NCBI RefSeq assembly: GCF_044704955.1 | Contig: NC_091990.1 | Span: forward strand, 70,370,001-70,434,000 | DNA length: 64,000 nt | Reading direction: 5' to 3' | From: Pristiophorus japonicus | Taxonomy: Eukaryota | Part shown: positions 46,589 to 59,785 of the stretch, piece after piece | How the letters are laid out: the number at the start of each line of letters is the position of its first letter | How positions within the stretch are numbered: the first letter of the stretch is position 1 | Position numbers and translations under genes: made by a program | The notes under the pieces: generated by a model | What the model was told of the DNA's origin: nothing | The model's database searches: none | What the model saw: only the letters and a program-made list of their open reading frames with translations

Positions 46589-48499
46589 ATAAGAACATAA
46601 GAAATAGGAGCAGGAGTTGGCCATACGACCCCTCGAGCCTGCTTCACCATTTAATAAGATCATGGCTGATCCAATCATGGACTCAGCTCCACTACCCCGC
46701 CCGCTTCCCATAACCCCTTATTCCCTTATCGGTTAAGAAACTGTCTATTTCTGTCTTAAATTTATTCAATGTCCCAGCTTCCACAGCTCTCTGAGGCAGC
46801 GAATTCCACAGATTTACAACCCTCTGAGAGAAGAAATTTCTCCTCATCTCTGTTTTAAATGGCGGCCCCTTATTCTAAGATTATGCCCCCAAGTTCTAGT
46901 CTCCCCCATCAGTGGAAACATCCTCTCTGCATCCACCTTGTCAAGCACCCTCATAATCTTATACATTTCGATAAAATCACCTCTCATTCTTCTGAATTCC
47001 AATGAGTAGAGGCCCAACCTACTCAACCTTTCCTCATAAGTCAAGCCCCTCATCCCCGGAATCAACCTCGTGAACCTTCTCTGAACTGCCTCCAAAGCAA
47101 GTCTATTCTTCCTTAAATACGGAGACCAAAACTGCATGCAGAATTCCAGGTGTGACCTCACCAATACCATGTATAACTGCAGCAAGACTTCCCTGTTTTT
47201 ATACTCCATCCCCTTTGCAATAAAGGCCAAGATTCCATTGGCCTTCCTGATCACTTGCTGTACCTACATACTATCCTTTTGTGTATCATGCACAAGTATC
47301 CCCAGGTCCTGCTGTACTGCAGCACTTTGCAATCTTTCTCCATTTAAATAATAACTTGCTCTTTGATTTTTTTTCTGCCAAAGTGCATGACCTCATACTT
47401 TCCAACATTATACTCCATCTGCCAAATTTTTGCCCACTCACTTAGCCTGTCTATGTCCTTTTGCAGATTTTTTGTGTCCTCCTCACACATTGCTTTTCCT
47501 GTCATCTTTGTATTGTCAACAAACTTGGCTACGTTACACTCAGTCCCTTCTTCCAAGTGGTTAATATAGATTGTAAATAGTTGGGGTCCCAGCACTGATC
47601 CCTGCAGCACCCCACTATTTACTGGTTGCCAACCAGAGAAAGAACCATTTTTCCCGACTCTGTTTTCTGTTAGTTAGCCAATCCTCTATCCATGCTAATA
47701 TATTACCCCCAACCCCGTGAACTTTTATCTTGTGCAGTAATCTTTTATGTGGCACCTCGTCAAATGCCTCCTGGAAGTCCAAATACACCACATCCACTGG
47801 TTCCCCTTTATCCACCCTGTTTGTTACATCCTCAAAGAATTCCAGCAAATTTGTCAAACATGACATCCCCTTCATAAATACATGCTGACTCTGCCTGACT
47901 GAATTTTGCTTTTCCAAATGTCCTGCTACTGCTTCTTTAATAATGGACTCCAGCATTTTCCGAAGCACAAATGTTAGGCTAACTGGTCTATAGTTTCCTG
48001 CTTTTTGTCTGCCTCCTTTTTTAAATAGTGGTGTTACATTTGCAGTTTTCCAATCTACTGGGACCTCCCCAGAATCCAGGGAATTTTGGTAAATTACAAC
48101 CAGTGCATCCACAATCCCTGCCGCTACTTCTCTTAAAACCCTAGGATGCAAACCATCAGGTCCAGGGGATTTATCTGCCTTTAGTCCCATTATCTTACTG
48201 AGTACCACCTCCTTAGTGATTGTGATTGTGTTAAGTTCCTCCCCCCCGATAGCCCCTTGACTATCCACTGTCGGAATATTGTTAACGTCCTCTACCGTAA
48301 AGACTGATACAAACTATTTGTTCAGAGTTTCTGCCATCTCCATGTTCCCCATTACTAATTCCCCGCTCTCGTCCTCTAAGGGACCAATATTTACTTTAGC
48401 CACTCTTTTCCTTTTCATATACCAATAGAAACTCTTGCTATCTGTTTTTATATTTTGTGCTGGTTTACTTTCATAGTCTATCTTCCCTTTCTTAATCAT
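46589..48499 (-). mobile_element. CR1 LINE, 5'-truncated, (TTCTTATG)n tail
   Basis: ORFs 47615-48268, 47344-47610 and 46844-47254; same subfamily as 31953-34449. Confidence 0.93.
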
Positions 48500-48861
48500 G
48501 GAGAGATGAAGAGGGTGGGGGGGGAGGGGGCTGGTGTGAAGCAGAAACACCGGCATGGAGCGCTTGGGCTACTGATTCTGTGCTATACCCTCCGTGTAAT
48601 ATCTAGTTAACGATAATTTGATGCGGGTCTGTAACAATGAAGCCTCTTGGGTGTATTGGATGTTATAGTCCCTCGTGTGCTTCTCTTCTATTTCCTGGAA
48701 GGTGGACTGATAAACACACATGAGACACGGCCAATTATAAACCAACAAACTGCTTTATTTTACGGAGTAACTATTTGTCCTAACTCACATTTTTCTGCGC
48801 ATGCGTCCTCCTCTCCCCCACCTGCCTCACCCCCGATCTGGAACCAGCCCCGAACACAATG

Positions 48862-49334
48862 CTCCCCGCTGGGCCCCGAGCCTCCCGCCGGGCCCTGAGC
48901 CTCGAGCCCCCCGCCGGGCCCCAAGCCCCCCACCGGGCCTCGAGCCTCCCGCCGGGCCCGGAGCCTCAAGCCCCCCACCGGGCCCCGAGCCCCCCCTCTG
49001 GGCCCTGAGCCTCAAGCCCCCCCGCCAGGCCCCAAACCCCCCGCCGGGCCCTGAGCCTCGAGCTCCCCGCTGGGCCCCGAGCCCCTCGCCCCTCGCTGGG
49101 CCCCGAGCCTCCTGCCGTGCCCCAAGCCCCCCGCCGGGCCCTGAGCCTCCCGCCGGGCCCTGAGCCCCGAGCCCCCCGCTGGGCACTGAGCCCCGAGCCT
49201 CCCGCTGGGCCCTGAGCCCCGAGCCCACCGCTGGGCCCTGAGCATCCCGCCGGGCCCTGAGCCCCGAGCCCCCCGCCGGGCCCCAAGCCCCTCACTGGGC
49301 CCCGAGCCTCAAGCCCCTCACTGGGCCCCGAGCC
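48862..49334. repeat. GC-rich minisatellite (GGGCCCYGAGCCYCCCGCC-like)
   Basis: Directly visible. Confidence 0.9.
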
Positions 49335-50312
49335 GGTGGGAGAGTGTTGGGCAACTGGCGGGGGGGAGAGATGGGGTGGGGGGCGGAGGCGGAGAGAGGG
49401 AACTCAGAGAGGACAAATCCTGTTCTTCCAACCCCCTTTACACCCATCCAAGATCATGTACTTGCGTTGGGGTACGGAGGGATTTCTGAATTCCAAATGG
49501 TTCATGTTACATTGCAAAGTTGGGCCGGTCGGTTCCAGTGACATTGCAGAGAAACTTCAGGGCGTGGCTTATCCTCCAAGGGAGCCAATCAGCAATAGAT
49601 CATGTGATAATGGAGAGCCAATCAGAGAAACAGCTGCAATTCAGTTCGTACAAATAAACACATCCTTTATTTTACATGTAATATATGAATGAATAGAATA
49701 TATTTAATATGTCCTGCTCCTTTTATCATCACAGGTAATAAGTTACACAATCCTTGCCCCCAAAAAAAGCCTTGCTTCACCATACAGGTCACCAGGCCAT
49801 GACCTGACTGGCCCTGACCAGGAGATAGCGCACTCTCCCTCTGTGTGTAGGCCACAGGTCAGTCGGCCTGCAGAGGATGGGGTGCACCGGTTGCTGGCTC
49901 TCTCCGCAGACTGTGCAATCCCAGCCTTTCCGTTTCTGGTCCAACTTCTACACACCGCCTTTCTCCCAGCTTCGCAGCAAGTGGCGCGATTTTAACCCGA
50001 GCGGGCAGCACGGACACCACCAGCAGGGTCCTTCACACATGGGCATGTTGGGGCCCAATGACATCATCGAGACCCGAGTGTAATTCTCAGTCAGGTCCGA
50101 GTGGCATTCCACATGCAGTTAAAGTGTCAGTGATTGGCCAGTTCAGCTGCCAATCAGGCCTGTCACTGTCAGCCAGCTTCCCCTGAGCTCAGGGGAATGA
50201 AAGCATCCACCAGAATGTATGTACGGTCTCCATCGTCTCAAACTGAGCTGGTCTGGGAGCAGGGCTGCTCTGCATGCGCCTGCCCTTCTCGTCCCAGCCA
50301 CAGGCTTCAACA

Positions 50313-50594
50313 GACCTGGGAGTCCCTGACCCAAGACCGCCCTAAGTGGAGGAAGTGCATCCGGGAGGGCACTGAGCACCTCGAGTCTCATCACCGAGAG
50401 CATGCAGAAATCAAGCACAGGCAGCGGAAGGAGCGTGCGGCAAACCAGTCCCACCCACCCCTTCCCTCAACCACTGTCTGTCCCACCTGTGACAGAGTCT
50501 GTGGTTCTCGTGTTGGACTGTTCAGTCACCTAAGGACTCATTTCAGGAGTGGAAGCAAGTCTTCCTCGATTTCGAGGGACTGCCTATGATGATG
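50313..50594 (+). mobile_element. RTE LINE 3' stub, (TGA)n tail
   Basis: TWESLTQDRPKWRKCIREG..CPTCDRVC; same subfamily as ~12100-12384. Confidence 0.88.
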
Positions 50595-50840
50595 AGATAA
50601 CTGTCAATTTAACACTTTGCGTGCTGAATGTAGCCTAATAGCAACATTTTAAATTTAAATTCATGCAAAATTCCTCCTGGAATCAAAATCTTGAAGCATA
50701 GCACAGTCAGTTAATGAAACTGATGTTGTTTATAGTTTAAAACTTTCTCGACACCCCGCCTGAATTGCAGAGGAGACTTAGTAGCAGACTGACAGCATGC
50801 AATCTGTCAACGTGCTGTTGTGACCAGGGCCCAGGGCCAG

Positions 50841-51496
50841 CCTGTATCAGGCAGCTGTATACACAGGACATCCTGTATCAGGCAGCTATATACACAGGAC
50901 ATCCTGTGTCAGGCAGCTATATACACAGGACATCCTGTGTCAGGCAGCTATATACACAGGACATCCTGTGTCAGGCAGCTATATACACAGGACATCCTGT
51001 GTCAGGCAGCTATATACACAGGACATCCTGTATCAGGCAGCTATATACACAGTACATCCTGTATCAGGCAGCTATATACACAGTACATCCTGTATCAGGC
51101 AGCTATATACACAGTAGATCCTGTGTCAGGCAGCGATATACACAGTACATCCTGTGTCAGGCAGTGATATACACAGTACATCCTGTGTCAGGCAGCTATA
51201 TACTCATTACATCCTGTGTCAGGCAGCTATATACACAGTACATCCTGTGTCAGACAGCTATATACACAGTGCGTCCTGTGTCAGACAGCTATATACACAG
51301 TACGTCCTGTGTCAGACAGCTATATACACAGTACATCCTGTGTCAGACAGCTATATACACAGGACATCCTGTGTCAGGCAGCGATATACACAGTACATCC
51401 TGTGTCAGGCAGCTATATACACAGTACATCCTGTGTCAGACAGCTATATACACAGTACATCCTGTATCGGGCAGCTATATACACAGTACATCCTGT
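50841..51496. repeat. 31-bp minisatellite (ATCCTGTGTCAGGCAGCTATATACACAGGAC), ~21 copies
   Basis: Period measured 50941 to 50972. Confidence 0.96.
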
Positions 51497-52160
51497 GGGT
51501 CCCCACAGATTGCAGCCATAATAAAGATGGCTGACTGAGTGGGTGCTGACCTCTCTCGCCATGCCAGCACAGCCCGTCGGTGATGCCAGTTAAGGGGCGA
51601 CGGGTTACAGCGTGTTCACCACGTTTGAGTCTTTGAGGAGCTGCGTGAACACTCTGATTGGCTACAATGGTAAGGGATGTTTGCAAGCCTCTGTTGATTA
51701 GTTTACATCTGTCCAGCCAATTAGAAGCAAGGTTCCAATTGGATATTTAAATCTAATCCTTAACCCCAAGTGTTACAGGGTCACAGTGCACATGGCAAGT
51801 CCCGCCTCCCTCTCTTGTTTTCTGAGCGACCCTCGAGGACCTCAGGTGCTGGGGCTAAGGTCTTTTATTAGTCCGTCCTGAGCAGGTGGACCAATGGCCT
51901 GTGTTGGTCAGAGTCTCACGGACTCTGCTCTCCACATACAGGACTACTATCGAAAGCCATATTGCTTCTCCAAGCAATGTCCCGGCATTAATACTCAATC
52001 AATGCACTTAGCGGATCGATCCCTGGGGTCGACAATTGGGCTCAGTGCCTTTGGACTAAGGAAACAAAACCATGGAGCCCTACTCTGTATCTAACCCATG
52101 CTGCACCTGCCCTGGGAGTGTTTGATGGGAGAGTGTAGGGGGAGCTTTACTCTGTATCTC

Positions 52161-54669
52161 ACATAGAAACATAGAAACATAGAAAATAGGTGCAGGAGTA
52201 GGACATTCGGCCCTTCGAACCTGCACCGCCATTCAATAAGATCATGGTTGATCATTCCCTCATTACCCCTTTCCTGCTTTCTCTCCATACCCCTTGATCC
52301 TTTTAGCCGTAAGGGCCACATCTAACTCCTTCTTGAATATATCCAATGAACTGGCATCAACAACTCTCTGCAGCCGGGAATTCCACATGTTAACAACTCT
52401 CTGAGTGAAGAATTTTCTCCTCATCTCAGTCCTAAATGGCCTACCCCTTATCCTAAGGCTATGCCTCCTGTTCTGGACTTCCCCAACATCGGGAACATTC
52501 TTCCCGCATTAAACCTGTCCAGTCCCGTCAGAATCTTATATGTTTCTATGAGATCCTCTCCCATCCTTCTAAACTCTAGTGAATAAAGGCCCAGACGATC
52601 CAGTCTCTCCTCATATGTCAGTCCAGCCATCCCTGGAATCAGTCTGGTGAACCTTCGCTGCACTCCCTCAATAGCAAGAACATCCTTCCTCAGATTAGGA
52701 GACGAAATTGAACACAATACTAAGGCTCTGTACAACTGTAGTAAGACCTCCCTGCTCCTTTACTCAAATCCCCTAGCTATGAAGGCCAACATACCATTTG
52801 CCTTCTTCACCGCCTGCTGTACCTGCATGCCAACTTTCAATGACTGATGAACCATGACACCCAGGTCTCATTGCACCTCCCCTTTTCCTAATCTGCCGCC
52901 ATTCAGATAATATTCTGCCTTCCTGTTTTTGCCGCCAAAATGGATAACCTCACATTTATCCACACTATACTGCATCTGACATGCATTTTCCCACTCACCT
53001 AACCTGTCCAAGTCAACCTGCAGCCTCTTTGCGTCCTCTTCACAGCTCACACCACCACCCAGTTTAGTGTCATCTGCAAACTTGGAGATATTACACTCAA
53101 TTCCTTCATCTAAATCATTAATGTATATTGTAAAGAGCTGGGGCACTCCACTAGTCACTGCCTGCCATTCTGAAAAGGACCCGTTTATCCCGACTCTCTG
53201 CTTCCTGTCTGCCAACCAGTTCTCTATCCACGTCAGTACATTACCCTCAATACCATGCGCTTTGATTTTGCACACCAATCTCTTGTGCGGGACCTTGTCA
53301 AAAGCCTTTTGAAAGTCCAAATAAACCACATCCACTGATTCTCCCTTGTCCACTCTGCGAGTTACATCCTCAAAAAATTCTAGAAGATTCGTCAAGCATG
53401 ATTTCCCTTTCATAAATCCATGCTGACTTGGTCCGATCCTGTCACTGCTTTCCAAATGCGCTGCTATTTCATCCTTAATGATTGATTCCAACATTTTCCC
53501 CACTACTGATGTCAGGCTATTCAGTCTGTAATTACCCGTTTTCTCTCTCCCTCCTTTTTTAAAAAGTGGTGTTACATTAGCTACCCTCCAGTCCATAGGA
53601 ACTGATCCAGAGTCGATAGACTGTTGGAAAATGATCACCAATGCATCCACTATTTCTAGGGCCACTTCCTTAAGTACTCTGGGATGCAGACTATCAGGCC
53701 CTGGGGATTTATCCGCCTTCAATCCCACCAATTTCCCGAACACAATTTCCCACCTAATAAAGATATCCTTCAGTTCCTCCTTCTCACTAGACCCACTGTC
53801 CCTTGATACATTCGGAAGGTTATTTGTGTCTTCCTTCGTGAAAACAGAACCAAAGTATTGGTTCAATTGATCTGCCATTTCTTTGTTCCCCATTATAAAT
53901 TCACCTGAATCCGATAGCAAGGGACCTACGTTTGTCTTCACTAATCTTTTCCTCTTCACATAGTTATAGAAGCTTTTACAGTCAGTTTTATGTTCCCTGC
54001 AAGCTTCCTCTCATACTCTATTTTTCCCCTCTTAATTAACCCTTAGTCCTCCTCTGTTGAATTCTAAATTTCTCCCAGTCCTCAGGTTTCTTGCTTTTTC
54101 TGGCCAATTTATATGCCTCTTCCTTGGCTTTAACACTATCCTTAATTTCCCTTGTTAGCCACAGTTGAGCCACCTTCCCCATTTTATTTTTACTCCAGAC
54201 AGGGATGTACAATTGCTGAAGTTCACCCATGTGATCTTTAAATGTTTGCCATTGCTTATCCACCGTCAACCCTTTAAGTATCCTTTGCCAGTCTATTCTA
54301 GCCAATTCATGCCTCATACCGTCGAAGTTACCTTTCCTTAAGTTCAGGACCCTAGTTTCCAAATTAACTTTATCACTCTCCATCTTAATAAGGAATTCTA
54401 CCATATTATGGTCACTCTTCTCCAAGGGGCCTCGCACAACAAGATTGCTAATTAGTCCCTTCTCATTATAAATCACCCAGTCTAGGATGGCCAGCTCTCT
54501 GGTTGGTTCCTCGACATATTGGTCTAGAAAACCATCCCTAATACACTCCAGGAAATCCTCCTCCACCGTATTACTACCAGTTTGGTTAGCTCAATCAATA
54601 TGTAGATTAAAGTCACCCATGATAACTGCTGTACCTTTATTGCACACATCCCTTATTTCTTGGTTGATG
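52161..54669 (-). mobile_element. CR1 LINE ~2.5 kb inserted in a 67-bp repeat array
   Basis: ORFs 54036-54566, 52868-53959 and 52448-52735; TTTCTATG tail. Flanks ctgtatct| and |ctaacccc rejoin one 67-bp unit (array parts 52075-52160 and 54670-54870). Confidence 0.93.
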
Positions 54670-55035
54670 CTAACCCCGTGCTGTACCTGCCCTGGGAGTG
54701 TGTGATGGGACAATGTAGACGAAACTTTACTCTGTATCTAACCCCGTGCTGAACCTGCCATGGGAATATTTGATGGGAGACTGTAGAGGGAGCTTTACTC
54801 TGTATCTAGCCCATGCAGTAACTGCTCTGGGAGTGTTTGATGGGACAGTGTAGAGGGAGCTTTACTCTGAACACTCGGTACCTGATAATGGGGAAAGTGT
54901 TCTTTTTTGCATCTTTGATATTTCTTGGCTTATTGGGCATAAAGTTCACAGTTTCAAACTGCCAATCCCTTTTAAATAGATGCTCCTGTCTTACTAATAC
55001 TGCTGATTAAAATGTTGCTCTTCATGTACTTCCAG

Positions 55036-55248
55036 GTCATAGTGTGGGGGGATTATGGTCGGATGGATCACAAGTATTTCATGGGAATGTCCCAAATCCT
55101 GCTGGAGGAGCTCGACCTGTCCACCCTGGTTACTGGTTGGTACAAACTCTTCCCGACTTCGTCTCTTGTGGACTCGGCAGTGACTCCAATCACTCGCCGT
55201 CTCTCTCAGTCCTCACTGGACAGCAGCACCGGCCCTGCCGGCCATTAA
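55036..55248 (+). CDS. RIMS3: RIMS3 last coding exon (213 nt incl. TAA), C2B end and C-terminal tail
   Basis: Acceptor ttcatgtacttccAG. Translates VIVWGDYGRMDHKYFMGMSQILLEELDLSTLVTGWYKLFPTSSLVDSAVTPITRRLSQSSLDSSTGPAGH*. Confidence 0.96.
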   Translation, partial: VIVWGDYGRMDHKYFMGMSQILLEELDLSTLVTGWYKLFPTSSLVDSAVTPITRRLSQSSLDSSTGPAGH

Positions 55249-58200
55249 AGGTGTCAGGCGATAGAACCAGAACAAGTGCATATCATCAGAATGCCAAGAG
55301 GTAGCTGTAAATACTGTCTGTGCAATTCAACCAACCGCTGTTATCGCTACTGTCTAGTATTTTATTTATTTTCATTGACCTTGAAAGTATGAGCAACCTG
55401 TGCAAACATGTGCTGTCATTCCAATATCTGGGGAAATTCTGGTATATGGACAAGGGGTACCGTGCAATAGAGGGAGCTGTTTGAAGACAAACCTTACTGT
55501 TTTGGATAGCACACACAAGATGATATCGAAACCCACCAAAAGATGAAGAATTTGGCAACAGGCAAAGGTCAAGGGAAGCGGTGATGTTCAGACTGTAGAG
55601 AAAACGACCCCAGGACTAGAGTGATAGGTAGATGTCACTGTGCACCAGGTTTCCTCTCTGGGGTACATGTGTCCTGCTTGTTGTCAAGGAGCCCCAGCCA
55701 CATACAGTTCTTTTGGCTTTTCTCATAAGACTATTGTTCGTTTTCTTTCAATGTAATGCATTCAAAATGTACCTGTAATGGTTCTCTCTCTGAAATGGTA
55801 GAAGATGTTGGCATTTGGGCCACTTGGCGAGTGTGTTGACCCTTCTTACCAGGACAGTATTCCTTCTTGACCCCCACATTGTTTGAAGTAACAATCCCAT
55901 GATCCCACCTCGGCCTTCCCAAATGTCTAAGCATGAGCACCCTCCTATCGAATGAGGTATAAGAAGGCATGCTGAATACCTTTGTATCCTTTGCACTGGC
56001 ATAGTCCTTTGGCACTCCGAAACCTGATAACCAGCTACGTTTCACCTTCTACAGACTTCCAACAGGCACTGAGGTAAGGTGTTGGGCCGACAAAGCACAC
56101 CATCTATTCCTTGCGCTGCACTCTCAATGGCTTGACTGAAACCTAGTGCATAGTCCCAGCCAACCCAACAATTTCTTCTTCTATTTCCTACTCCTTCACA
56201 TATTTGTCTCATTGCATCCTAGAAAATATGGAACAATGGACTTTTGCATGTTCTTTCCATCTTAATCTTTGTTGACTTCAAAAGAATACACCCGCTACAA
56301 TGTGTATTTTCTGGACACATGGAACTCTGACAGGCAGCAATGGAGTCAGAAGGGCTACTGTTTTATTTTCTTCAATGAGTGCACTGTGGGCCTTAGGTCC
56401 ATAAAATCTCCCAAACTGTCGGTCAAATCCAGGGATATTACTTAGCGCTGTCTGTTCAACAGATACTGACACCAGCCTTGTTCCAAGTAACGTTCCAAGA
56501 GAAGATATCTCTGGTGCTGTGGTTCAGACCCCATGTGGCACACAAGGAGGCCCCAGAGATGAGCTATTCCAATCACGGACTAGCCAATGAAGAAACAGAC
56601 CTGAAGCCATTCTGGAATTGTTAAAAACATTATAAATCAGTGTGAGTTTCCTCAATGGCGATAATGAGACCAGACTGGAGAGTTCACTGGGACCTGAAGT
56701 GATGATACAACCTGTGGCCATGGACATTCCGCGACAATAGATTTCACAGTACCCAAAAAGATAAGAAATTGGACACTTCATGTTATCCACCATCTTTCAG
56801 GAAGACGTGGGCCTGGATGGCCTGGACAATGGCCATTAACCTTCACCATCTGCAGATCCTAAAGGAAAAAGGCCCATAATGACTATTAACGGTGGATTTC
56901 TGAGAATCGTGATGGATTGTGAAAGACAATTGGAACTCACCCATAAAAAAAGAAACTGGAAAAAGATAAAAAAATCTCAAAGGGAAGCACTTTATGGTTT
57001 CACAGTGACCCCCTGTGGAAATCTGTGAACTTGAATAGTATCATTGATGAGGAACTCAAGGATCCAAAGATCTACAGTTCCCTTCCTCCACCTTCAAGAT
57101 TCATGGACTCAGAGATTTGACAATGGGCCATCTGATAAGGTACGATTCAATGTGATATTTTGTGTTATTATGGCAGAAATGTAGCACTGTCACTCATGTA
57201 GCTGTGACCTCACCACATTCTCACATCACTGCAAAACAGCACAGCCAACTCAGTATTGGTTCTCGGATATACACGAGGAATGGTGGACTCTTGGCTGTTG
57301 TCTAAAACAGACCAACTATGAACTGAAGTGGCAAGTGTTTGGACAATTGGATGAGTGTTGGGAGAGGTGGAGAATGGTTACCAATGGTCTTGTCAATGTT
57401 GAGGTGTTCCAGCACAGCAGGGTAGAAGACCCAATCATCAAAGGAAAACTGCATCCCTTGTTCCAAAAGATATCTGTGGTATTCTCACCTTGATGGGAAT
57501 CATTCTTCATCTAATGCATGGAAACTTGTGTGGATTTTTCCCTGTAGTAAAGCTGGGACTAAAAACCAATTTTGTACAAACACTGAGATGGTTTTTTAAC
57601 AAGAAGAACTTTATGCTGTTTTATCAAATTAATATCCAATCCATCAGATGACTTACTGTTAAAAGGGCATTTCCTTCCTGTATAAGTCCTGTCAAACTGT
57701 CAGATCTCAACATCGGTTGGATATAATTAATGACTGTCTTGTGAAGTTTGGTCAGAATATGATGCACTTATTGTTAGCCTGGATTGCACTGTCTTTGTGA
57801 AGTATATAAAGTGCATTAAACATCTCTATATTGTACATAAATGTGACATTTTCAATCAGAATGCTAACAACAGAACGAGACAGACCATCTTTTGGGGGCC
57901 TCCATCAGTGCTTCACAAAATAAATGTTCAAATGGTGGGATGTTTAGCTATCCAACTTCACACAATGCCCTTCTTAATCTACCCTAATTTCCTCGGCCCC
58001 ACTCTCTTAAATGTGATGACTGCACCTTGCCCGGCTGTCTGAGTTTGGATAAAGTTTTAGAATTTCTCCACAATGGTGAGCATCACAACTGATCCAATTC
58101 CTGCCCTTAGCTGATTTCCACACAATGACACACTTTCTGGATCGATTTCAATGCCCCTTCCTTGGCATGTCTCCATTCTCATGAGATCAGCTAGCTTACA

Positions 58201-58500
58201 ATTGATCGGGGACCAAAGCTGTCACCTGCCTGGTCTGGGAGGCTCAGACAGTCCATTGATCCAGAGAAGCACAAGGGAGTTTGAAGTGAGCAGTGTATGG
58301 ATTGTTGTTAAAGGAATGGTGCTCACACATGATCTAGGCCTCAACAACTGGAGTCGGCCCTGTAGCTCCAGCTGCATCTGTTGCCATTGCCTTGTTACAC
58401 AGTGCAGTGTTGATCTGCCCTAACCCTGCATAGAAAAGCTGAGAAAATAATTTATAAAAAAACTTACATTTAAAAAAATGTTTTCCTCTCTCACTGTGAG
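55249..58500 (+). other. RIMS3: Probable RIMS3 3' UTR (minimum extent; may continue to ~63.1 kb)
   Basis: About 3.2 kb of unique sequence with no recognisable TE directly after the stop, unlike the repeat-saturated introns. Candidate polyA signals ATTAAA ~57815 and AATAAA 57919-57924; a further AATAAA at 63048-63053. Confidence 0.6.
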
Positions 58501-58524
58501 ATGGATAATTTCATTGGATCTTCT

Positions 58525-59040
58525 TTCATTTGTTCCTGGGCTATGGGCGTCGCTGGCAAGGCCGGTATTTATTGCCCATCCCTAATTGCCCTTGAGAAGG
58601 TGGTGGTGAGCCACCTTATTGAACCGCTGCAGTCCGTGTGGTGAAGGTACTCCCACAGTGCTGTTAGGGAGGGAGTTCCAGGACTTTGACCCAGCGACGA
58701 TGAAGGAACGACGATATATTTCCAAGTCAGGATGGTGTGTGACTGGGAGGGGAACGTGGAGGTGGTGGTGTTCCCATGCACCTGCTGCCCTTGTCCTTCT
58801 AGGTGATAGAGGTCGCGGGTTTGGGAGGTGCTGCCGAAGAAGCATTGGCGAGTTGCTGCAGTGCATCTTGTAGATGGTACACACTGCAGCCAGGGGGCGC
58901 CGGTGGTGGAGGGAGTGAACGTTGAAGGTGGTGGATGGGGTACCGATCAAGCGGCTGCTTTGTCCTGGATGGTGTCGAGCTGCTTGAGTGTTGTTGGAAC
59001 TGCACTCATCCAGACAAGTGGAGAGTGTTCCATCACACTC
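58525..59040 (-). mobile_element. CR1-group (L2/Crack/Daphne-like) LINE 3' fragment
   Basis: HSLHHRR..AAVCTIYKMHC..YRRSFIVAGSKSWNSLP..LQRFNKVAHHHLL*, with 3' UTR gggatgggcaataaat..gccagcgacgccca. Remnants of the same tail occur at ~46355 and ~60380. Confidence 0.7.
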
Positions 59041-59329
59041 CATCAACATGGAGGGGGGGTGGCGGGGGGAGGGCAAATGATGGGGAACAAACTGAAGGGA
59101 AGAGAAAGTAGAACTAAGGTGGGGGGAGAACTGTAGGCTCTTTCACAAGGCTGTTAAGTTGAAATATATGATTCATATTTTCTACATATATTCAATATTT
59201 AGATTTCTGCCATCTCTGCTTTTATTAAGTCGCCCCGACACCTTCAAAGAATTCAACTTACATCAACTTGGCAATAAAAATTCTTAGGACAGATCTTACT
59301 GAAGTACAGACCCTGTGGGTCAGTTAATG

Positions 59330-59785
59330 AAAGACCTGCATTTATATTGCGCTTTTCACGACCACCAGATTTCTCAAAGCACTTTACAGCCAACAAAGTA
59401 CTTTGGGAGTGTAGTCACTGTTGTAATGTAGGAAATGCAACAACCAATTTGTGCACAGCAAGCTCCCACAAAAAGCAATGTGATAATGACCAGATAATCT
59501 GCTTTTTTGTTTTGTTGACTGGGGGATAAACATTGGCCAGGATACCAGGAATAACTCCCCTGCTCTACTTTGAAATAGTGCCATGGGATCTTTTACATCC
59601 ACCTGTGAGAGCAGACGGGGCCTCGGTTTAACATCTTATCTGAAAGACGGCACCTCCGATGGTGCAGCACTCCCTCAGCACAGGACTGGAGTGTCAGCCT
59701 AGATTTTTATGCTCAAGTCCCTGGAATGGGACTTGAACCCACAACCTTCTGACACAGAGACTGCCCACTGAGCCACAACTGACAC
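59330..59785 (-). mobile_element. Near full-length tRNA-headed Deu-domain SINE (SacSINE1/AmnSINE-like)
   Basis: Minus strand: A-box-like GTGGCTCAGTGGG, B-box GGTTCAAGTCCC, central Deu core (ctgagggagtgctgcac..gccgtctttc..aaaccgaggccccgtctgc..aaagatcccatggcactattt), tail ..gcgcaatataaatgca. Family name from recall, not from a search. Confidence 0.8.

Noticed and set aside
48661-49749. Possible LTR (TG..CA, two CCAAT boxes) around the GC-rich minisatellite
   Set aside because: Termini are ambiguous and there is no TSD; evidence is too weak to annotate.
28521-55248. Assignment to RIMS1, RIMS2 or RIMS4
   Set aside because: ATKKLRSNIRRSTETG, STNSNSSDG, DRSGQLEVE, QQALLFDEGPQG and RRLSQSSL fit RIMS3 best as recalled. 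A phylogeny and synteny check would confirm this.
55044-55304. Independent overlapping 86-aa gene in the last exon
   Set aside because: Starts at GTG and has no independent support; relevant only as the frame reached by the +31 alternative donor.
59720-59785. tRNA gene
   Set aside because: The A/B-box-like motifs are the SINE head; no complete cloverleaf.
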